Assembly (NCBI GenBank): GCA_964624185.1
Contig: CAZUWK010000002.1
Location: forward strand, 1 to 36,088
Length of the DNA: 36,088 bases
From: an uncultured Gammaproteobacteria bacterium
GTDB lineage: Bacteria > Patescibacteriota > Microgenomatia > 0-14-0-10-38-17
Direction of reading: 5' to 3'
The translations under genes and the position numbers were made by a program. Positions 31,905-36,088 of the stretch are shown here, piece by piece. Numbering within the stretch: the stretch's first letter is position 1; each line of letters starts with the position of its first letter. Under the pieces are notes generated by a model that did no database searches, was not told the origin of the DNA, and worked only from the letters and a program-made list of their open reading frames with translations.

Positions 31905-32270
31905 ATGGCAATGTTAACCAAGAAGCACCGATTGCCCAAAAAGAGAATTGACCAGGTTAAAGGTGGCGGATGTTATTTCCAAACAGCTTTTTTTACTTTA
32001 GCTTATCTTTCTGGAAAAACAACTGATAGCCAATTTGCTTTTGTTCTTTCTAAAAGGGTGAGCAAAAAAGCTACCATTAGAAATAAAACCAAGCGTTTAA
32101 TTGCCGGTTCAGTTCGCGAAATTATGACCGATCTCAAGGATGGTTTTTGGGTGGTCTTCTTAGTTAAGAGAGCCGCCTTAGATCAGAATAAAGCCGCTTT
32201 GTCTGAGGCAGTTCGAGAATCTTTTGCTCAGATTGGTTTATTGGGAAAAGATGAAAAAGCTGGTTCTTAG
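31905..32270 (+). CDS. rnpA: ribonuclease P protein component
   Basis: It lies after rpmH. Motifs are KKHRLPKKRI...FAFVLSKRVSKKATIRNKTKRLIAGSVRE. Confidence 0.75.
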   Translation: MAMLTKKHRLPKKRIDQVKGGGCYFQTAFFTLAYLSGKTTDSQFAFVLSKRVSKKATIRNKTKRLIAGSVREIMTDLKDGFWVVFLVKRAALDQNKAALSEAVRESFAQIGLLGKDEKAGS

Positions 32271-32454
32271 GGCGATTTCCTATTATCAGGCTTTACCGGC
32301 CTTTTGGGGCCGGCCTTGTCGATTTGTGCCCTCCTGTTCGGAATATTGTTATCAGGCAATTTACGATCATGGTATACTACAAGGCAGCCTGATGGGGGTA
32401 AAGCGGATTTTGCGCTGTCATCCTTGGAGTAAGGGAGGAGTTGACTTACCCTAG
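32251..32454 (+). CDS. yidD: membrane protein insertion efficiency factor YidD
   Basis: ISYYQ...CRFVPSCSEYCYQAIYDHGILQGSLMGVKRILRCHPWSKGGVDLP matches the family. ATG 32251 (MKKLVL) is preferred; it overlaps the rnpA 3' end. Confidence 0.8.
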   Translation: MKKLVLRAISYYQALPAFWGRPCRFVPSCSEYCYQAIYDHGILQGSLMGVKRILRCHPWSKGGVDLP

Positions 32455-32630
32455 AAAAATTGCTATATGGTTGTATGGTTAAATTGTTTTTTTGGGTAGT
32501 CTTATGACTAAGGCTAATTAATAATTTAGCAATGTAACAATTTAACAATGAGTTTAATTAATAAATCTTTCCCGTCGACAAGGACAGAGTAAATTTTAGC
32601 TTTTCAAATTTTAACCGTAAAAATCTCTTT

Positions 32631-33404
32631 ATGTTCGAAACTATTTTTATTCAACCTCTAGCTAATTTATTGGTTTTGTTTACTAATCTCTTCGGTTCTT
32701 TAGGCTGGGGAATAATTGTTATTACCCTGCTTATTAAGGCGCTTCTTATTCCGGTTATGATCCCAAGTTTAAAATCGGCTGAAAAAATGAAGCAATTGGC
32801 CCCGAAACTGGAAAAATTAAAGAAAAAATATGGGGACAACAAGGAAAAATTAGCTAAAGCCCAGATGGCCCTTTATCGGTCTGAAGGGGTTAATCCCGCC
32901 GCCGGCTGTTTGCCGTCCATTATTCAGCTGGTGATTTTACTGGCCCTATTTCAAGTTTTTAACCGGGTTCTTAATCCCGAATCGATCGATCAACTAGCCA
33001 AGATGCTTTACTCCGGTATTTCCCTGCCTTCAGGAGGAATTAGCTTTTCTTTTTGGTATCTTGATTTGACTCGGCCCGACCTATTTATGGGCCGTTTACC
33101 AGGGTTATTTTTAACTTTTTCGGCCATAGCCCAAATCTTAACGGCCCGGCTTTCAGCCCCAACCATTAAGGGGGCTAAAACCAGCGCTCAAAAAACCCCC
33201 CCAAAAAGCGACGACATAATGGTGTCAATGCAGAAACAGATGACCTTTTTAATGCCGCTAATGACTGTTATTATCGGTTTTCGCCTTCCGGCTGGTTTGA
33301 CCCTTTACTGGTTTGTTTTTTCTCTGACCGGCTTAATTCAGCAATATATAATCAAGAAAAACGCCGATTTGCCAGCCAATAAAAGGCAGGTGAACCATGG
33401 ATAA
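32631..33404 (+). CDS. yidC: membrane protein insertase YidC (short form)
   Basis: The pattern is LLIKALLIPVMIPSLKSAEKMKQLAPKLEKLKKKYGDNKEKLAKAQMALYRSEGVNPAAGCLPSIIQLVIL, with a C-terminal LPAGLTLYWFVFSL. Confidence 0.8.
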   Translation: MFETIFIQPLANLLVLFTNLFGSLGWGIIVITLLIKALLIPVMIPSLKSAEKMKQLAPKLEKLKKKYGDNKEKLAKAQMALYRSEGVNPAAGCLPSIIQLVILLALFQVFNRVLNPESIDQLAKMLYSGISLPSGGISFSFWYLDLTRPDLFMGRLPGLFLTFSAIAQILTARLSAPTIKGAKTSAQKTPPKSDDIMVSMQKQMTFLMPLMTVIIGFRLPAGLTLYWFVFSLTGLIQQYIIKKNADLPANKRQVNHG

Positions 33405-33858
33405 GAAAGTGTTGACCACGATTGATAAAGTTCTAGAAGAGTTAATGGAAAGTTTGGGTGTTTTAGTCCAAAGCCAGATTAGCCTTAACGAAGAAGAAGC
33501 CACGGTTTTAGTTGAATTATCGGCCCAAAAAGATAATGCTCTTCTGGTTGGCTATCATGGTAAAAATTTATCGGCCCTGCAAACCATTTTAGGCCTAATG
33601 GTTTTTAAGAAAACCGGTCAGTGGTTCCATATTGTTATTGACGTTGACGGTTATCGCCAGAAGCGTCAAGCTCAAGTTGAAGAGATGGCTCGTCGGGCCC
33701 TTGACCAGGCTAAGACCACCGGTCAATCAATTGCGATTGCTAACCTTAGCCCTCAAGAGAGGCGTCAGGTTCATTTATTTTTTAAGGACGATCCCGATGT
33801 CGAAACTCACTCTGAGGGTGAGGGCCGTAATCGCCAGTTAATTATTAGTCTTAAATAG
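33397..33858 (+). CDS. jag: Jag/KhpB-type KH + R3H RNA-binding protein
   Basis: It lies after yidC with an 8-nt overlap. LSPQERRQVHLFFKDDPDVETHSEGEG carries the R3H motif. Confidence 0.7.
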   Translation: MDKKVLTTIDKVLEELMESLGVLVQSQISLNEEEATVLVELSAQKDNALLVGYHGKNLSALQTILGLMVFKKTGQWFHIVIDVDGYRQKRQAQVEEMARRALDQAKTTGQSIAIANLSPQERRQVHLFFKDDPDVETHSEGEGRNRQLIISLK

Positions 33859-33889
33859 AATCCGGTTTGAATTTTTAATAGCAAGCAAG

Positions 33890-35152
33890 GTGTTAACCCT
33901 GATTAATTTAGGTAAAATAAAAAAAATCCTTGCCGGACTATTCTTCTTTTTTTTACCCACCCAGTTAGGCTATTTTTTTTGGCCGGCTTGGTCTTATTTT
34001 TGGGGGATAAAAATTGATTTTTTATCACCAGCGGTTTTTTTAACCGACCTTATTTTACTGGTTTTATTGTTGATTTGGATTTTAGAGCGATTTCGGCAAC
34101 ACCACCCCCCACCTTCCAGGCTAAACAAACTTTGGTTTTGGTTGATCGGAGGAACGACTGTTTTGGTAAGTATTAATTTATTATTTTCTTTTTCGCCTGC
34201 CCTATCCGGTTATCGAGCCCTAAAATGGCTTCAGTTGATTTTTCTGATTGGCTATTTTTCAACCAATTTTTTACCCGATTTATTAATACCCTTGTTTTTT
34301 AGCCTTATCTTAACTGCCCTTTTGGCCTGGGGGCAGTTTTTACTCCAGGGTTCTATTCAGGGTGTTTTTTGGTGGGCTGGTGAGCGTTTTTTTAATTCCA
34401 GCACCTTGGGAGTGGCCAAGATGGACCTCTTTGGCCGCTTGTTTGTTCGACCAATGGCCACGTTTTCTCACCCCAACAGCTTAGCGGGTTTTATTTTGGT
34501 GGCGTTAATTATTTTTTGGTTTTTTAGACGATTTTTAGTCAAAAAACTAGGGGGGTTTTTTTATTTTGGCTTGATGGTGATGTTTTCTGTGTTGGTAATT
34601 ACTTTTTCTGGGGCAGTTTGGTTGACGGTCCTATTGTTGGCTTTGATTTATTTGGTCAAGAGGTTGAACGGCCGCCCTATTGGTCTGGTTTTGGCTGGGC
34701 TACTATTGGCTTTCTTTTCTTTTCTTGTTTATCGATTAGGCTTGATTGAGACTTTGTCAATTCGTGAGCGCCTCTTATTGGCAAAAAATGCGGGACAATT
34801 ATTTATCAGCCGGCCTATTTTGGGTTGGGGTTTGGGCAATTTTATTTCGGCTCAAGGCCAGTTGGCCTTTTCCAGAAGTAATTTTAATTTTTATCAACCA
34901 GTTCACAACCTTGTTTTATTAATTTTGGCCGAGGCCGGTTTGGTTGGGCTGGCCTGGCTTTGCTATTGGTTAGTTAAATGGTGGTTTAGGGTCGGCGAAT
35001 ACTGGCGCCAACTGTTTTTGGTAATTATTTTTTTGGGTTTTTTTGACCACTATTGGTTAACACTACAGCAAAATTTTCTTCTTTTGGGGGTAACGATGGC
35101 GATTGCTCTTTTTGTTTCGAACCCAAAACGGTCAAAGCAGAAATTAGGCTAA
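33890..35152 (+). CDS. O-antigen ligase/polymerase-like (Wzy_C) polytopic membrane protein
   Basis: More than 10 TM segments are present. Motifs are FSHPNSLAGFIL and YQPVHNLVLLILAEAGLVGL, which follows the HN..L....E.G..G pattern. Confidence 0.6.
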   Translation: MLTLINLGKIKKILAGLFFFFLPTQLGYFFWPAWSYFWGIKIDFLSPAVFLTDLILLVLLLIWILERFRQHHPPPSRLNKLWFWLIGGTTVLVSINLLFSFSPALSGYRALKWLQLIFLIGYFSTNFLPDLLIPLFFSLILTALLAWGQFLLQGSIQGVFWWAGERFFNSSTLGVAKMDLFGRLFVRPMATFSHPNSLAGFILVALIIFWFFRRFLVKKLGGFFYFGLMVMFSVLVITFSGAVWLTVLLLALIYLVKRLNGRPIGLVLAGLLLAFFSFLVYRLGLIETLSIRERLLLAKNAGQLFISRPILGWGLGNFISAQGQLAFSRSNFNFYQPVHNLVLLILAEAGLVGLAWLCYWLVKWWFRVGEYWRQLFLVIIFLGFFDHYWLTLQQNFLLLGVTMAIALFVSNPKRSKQKLG

Positions 35153-35577
35153 TCTTGCCCGGTGGCCTTGTCTAGAGCCTGATTAACCAGGGCATCAGCC
35201 TGGAAGTTTTTGTTTCTAGGAATATGGCGGTAGTAAACCTTGATTGGCAGATTTTTTTCGATATTTTTAATTTCGGTGACAAATCTAACCAGGTTGGCGG
35301 CTTTGATTTTATAGCGCCCCGATAGTTGAGAAACAATTAGTAATGAATCAAGGTGGCAGTTAAGCCGATTAAATTGCTTAAGCAGAGAGCGGTTTTGGTC
35401 TAACCACTCAAAAGCCTTTTTTAGGGCGCAATATTCGGCCTCATTGTTAGTGGCTTGGCCGATGTAGGCAGACCAAGAAAAAATAATTTTTTTGCCATCT
35501 TTAATAACCACGCCAATTCCGGCTGGTCCAGGATTGCCGCGAGCGCCACCATCGGTAAAAACGTTTAAAGCTTTCAT
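35149..35577 (-). CDS. rnhA: ribonuclease HI
   Basis: FTDGGARGNPGPAGIGVVI, TNNEAEYCAL, LDSLLIVSQL and NFQADALVNQAL give the DEDD catalytic pattern. Confidence 0.8.
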   Translation of the reverse strand: MKALNVFTDGGARGNPGPAGIGVVIKDGKKIIFSWSAYIGQATNNEAEYCALKKAFEWLDQNRSLLKQFNRLNCHLDSLLIVSQLSGRYKIKAANLVRFVTEIKNIEKNLPIKVYYRHIPRNKNFQADALVNQALDKATGQD

Positions 35578-36088
35578 GTTGTTTGATCAGGATTTGATTG
35601 TAGCCTTTTGATTAAAAAAATGCCAGTAGTTATTAGGATCGACCCTTCGGTGGCGACGGTTACCCAAGCGGCCCCAATAATACCAAGTTTAGGAATAAAT
35701 AGCCAATTACCGGCCAGATTGATTAATAGGGCCAATAGCGAGAGGTAGAGGAGCTGTCTTTGAGCCCCTAAGGCAATCATGGTATAGCCAGTTAGGTGGT
35801 TTAAATAACCAAAGACTAATGCCAACGATAATATTTGCAAAACCCTAACCGCCGGAGTAAAATCCTCGCCGCCAATTAAATTGATAATAATTGGCCCCCC
35901 CAAAACCATGGCTAAACCAATGATGGTCCCAGCGGTTAGCAGTAATAACCCTCCTTGTTTTAGCATCTTTGGTAGATGACGGGAAGGTTTTTTAATGATG
36001 ATTGGGAAAAGGCTATTCATAAAAAAAGCCGCTCCCAAAATAAGATTGGTATAGATCTTGTAAGATAGGCCATAAAGACCGACAGCCC
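35574..36088 (-). CDS. polysaccharide/oligosaccharide flippase-like membrane protein (MOP/Wzx-type), C-terminal part; the ORF probably continues past the window edge
   Basis: The segment is all-TM. Its stop forms an ATGA overlap with the rnhA start. The reading frame stays open to position 36088. Confidence 0.4.
   Translation of the reverse strand, partial: AVGLYGLSYKIYTNLILGAAFFMNSLFPIIIKKPSRHLPKMLKQGGLLLLTAGTIIGLAMVLGGPIIINLIGGEDFTPAVRVLQILSLALVFGYLNHLTGYTMIALGAQRQLLYLSLLALLINLAGNWLFIPKLGIIGAAWVTVATEGSILITTGIFLIKRLQSNPDQTT

Noticed and set aside
35164-35175. GGCCTTGTCTAG resembles the right arm of the alr REP-like copy (11 of 12 positions).
   Set aside because: It is a half-site only, with no matching left arm. 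It lies in the overlapping 3' ends of rnhA and the O-antigen-ligase-like gene, so it is probably chance.
1-36088. Alternative genetic code (UGA recoding, as in some CPR lineages) and the presence of CRISPR arrays.
   Set aside because: TGA terminates well-supported genes, including at ATGA stop/start overlaps (9294-9297 and 35574-35577), and proteins have normal lengths. I saw no array of regularly spaced direct repeats.

Overview
This is a densely coding 36-kb bacterial window that uses the standard genetic code: TGA acts as a stop, including at ATGA stop/start overlaps. I found no rRNA, tRNA or CRISPR array. The gene content is a sparse housekeeping set plus many small membrane or secreted proteins, GH130 modules and frequent leaderless-looking starts. 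That fits a small-genome uncultivated lineage such as CPR/Patescibacteria, but this is inference only. Recognisable housekeeping genes are mltG, trpS, alr, tgt, tsaC, hpf, rnhA, an Hsp20, an RRM RNA-binding protein and the rpmH-rnpA-yidD-yidC-jag cluster. Six things stand out. (1) A translationally coupled operon at 6.2-11.4 kb encodes a DUF134 regulator fused to a zinc ribbon, a NifX-like protein, a cation-diffusion-facilitator transporter fused to a second NifX-like domain, and two MinD-type ATPases with 4Fe-4S inserts. A thioredoxin-fold membrane protein follows it. This is the best candidate for an uncharacterised metal or metallocluster handling system. (2) An HUH/Y1 RAYT-type transposase is bracketed by identical 35-nt perfect palindromes. 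A third copy is translated in frame inside the transposase gene, and a diverged copy is translated in frame inside alr. (3) An eRF1/Pelota-like protein is tightly coupled to hpf. (4) Two adjacent genes carry four GH130 or GH130-like modules. (5) Gene remnants of a GIY-YIG nuclease, valS and rlmN are present, and every frameshift in them falls in a homopolymer run. (6) Many genes have a TGnTAnAAT extended -10 element only 6-10 nt upstream of the ATG. All functional calls come from motifs I read in the supplied translations. No database search was run.
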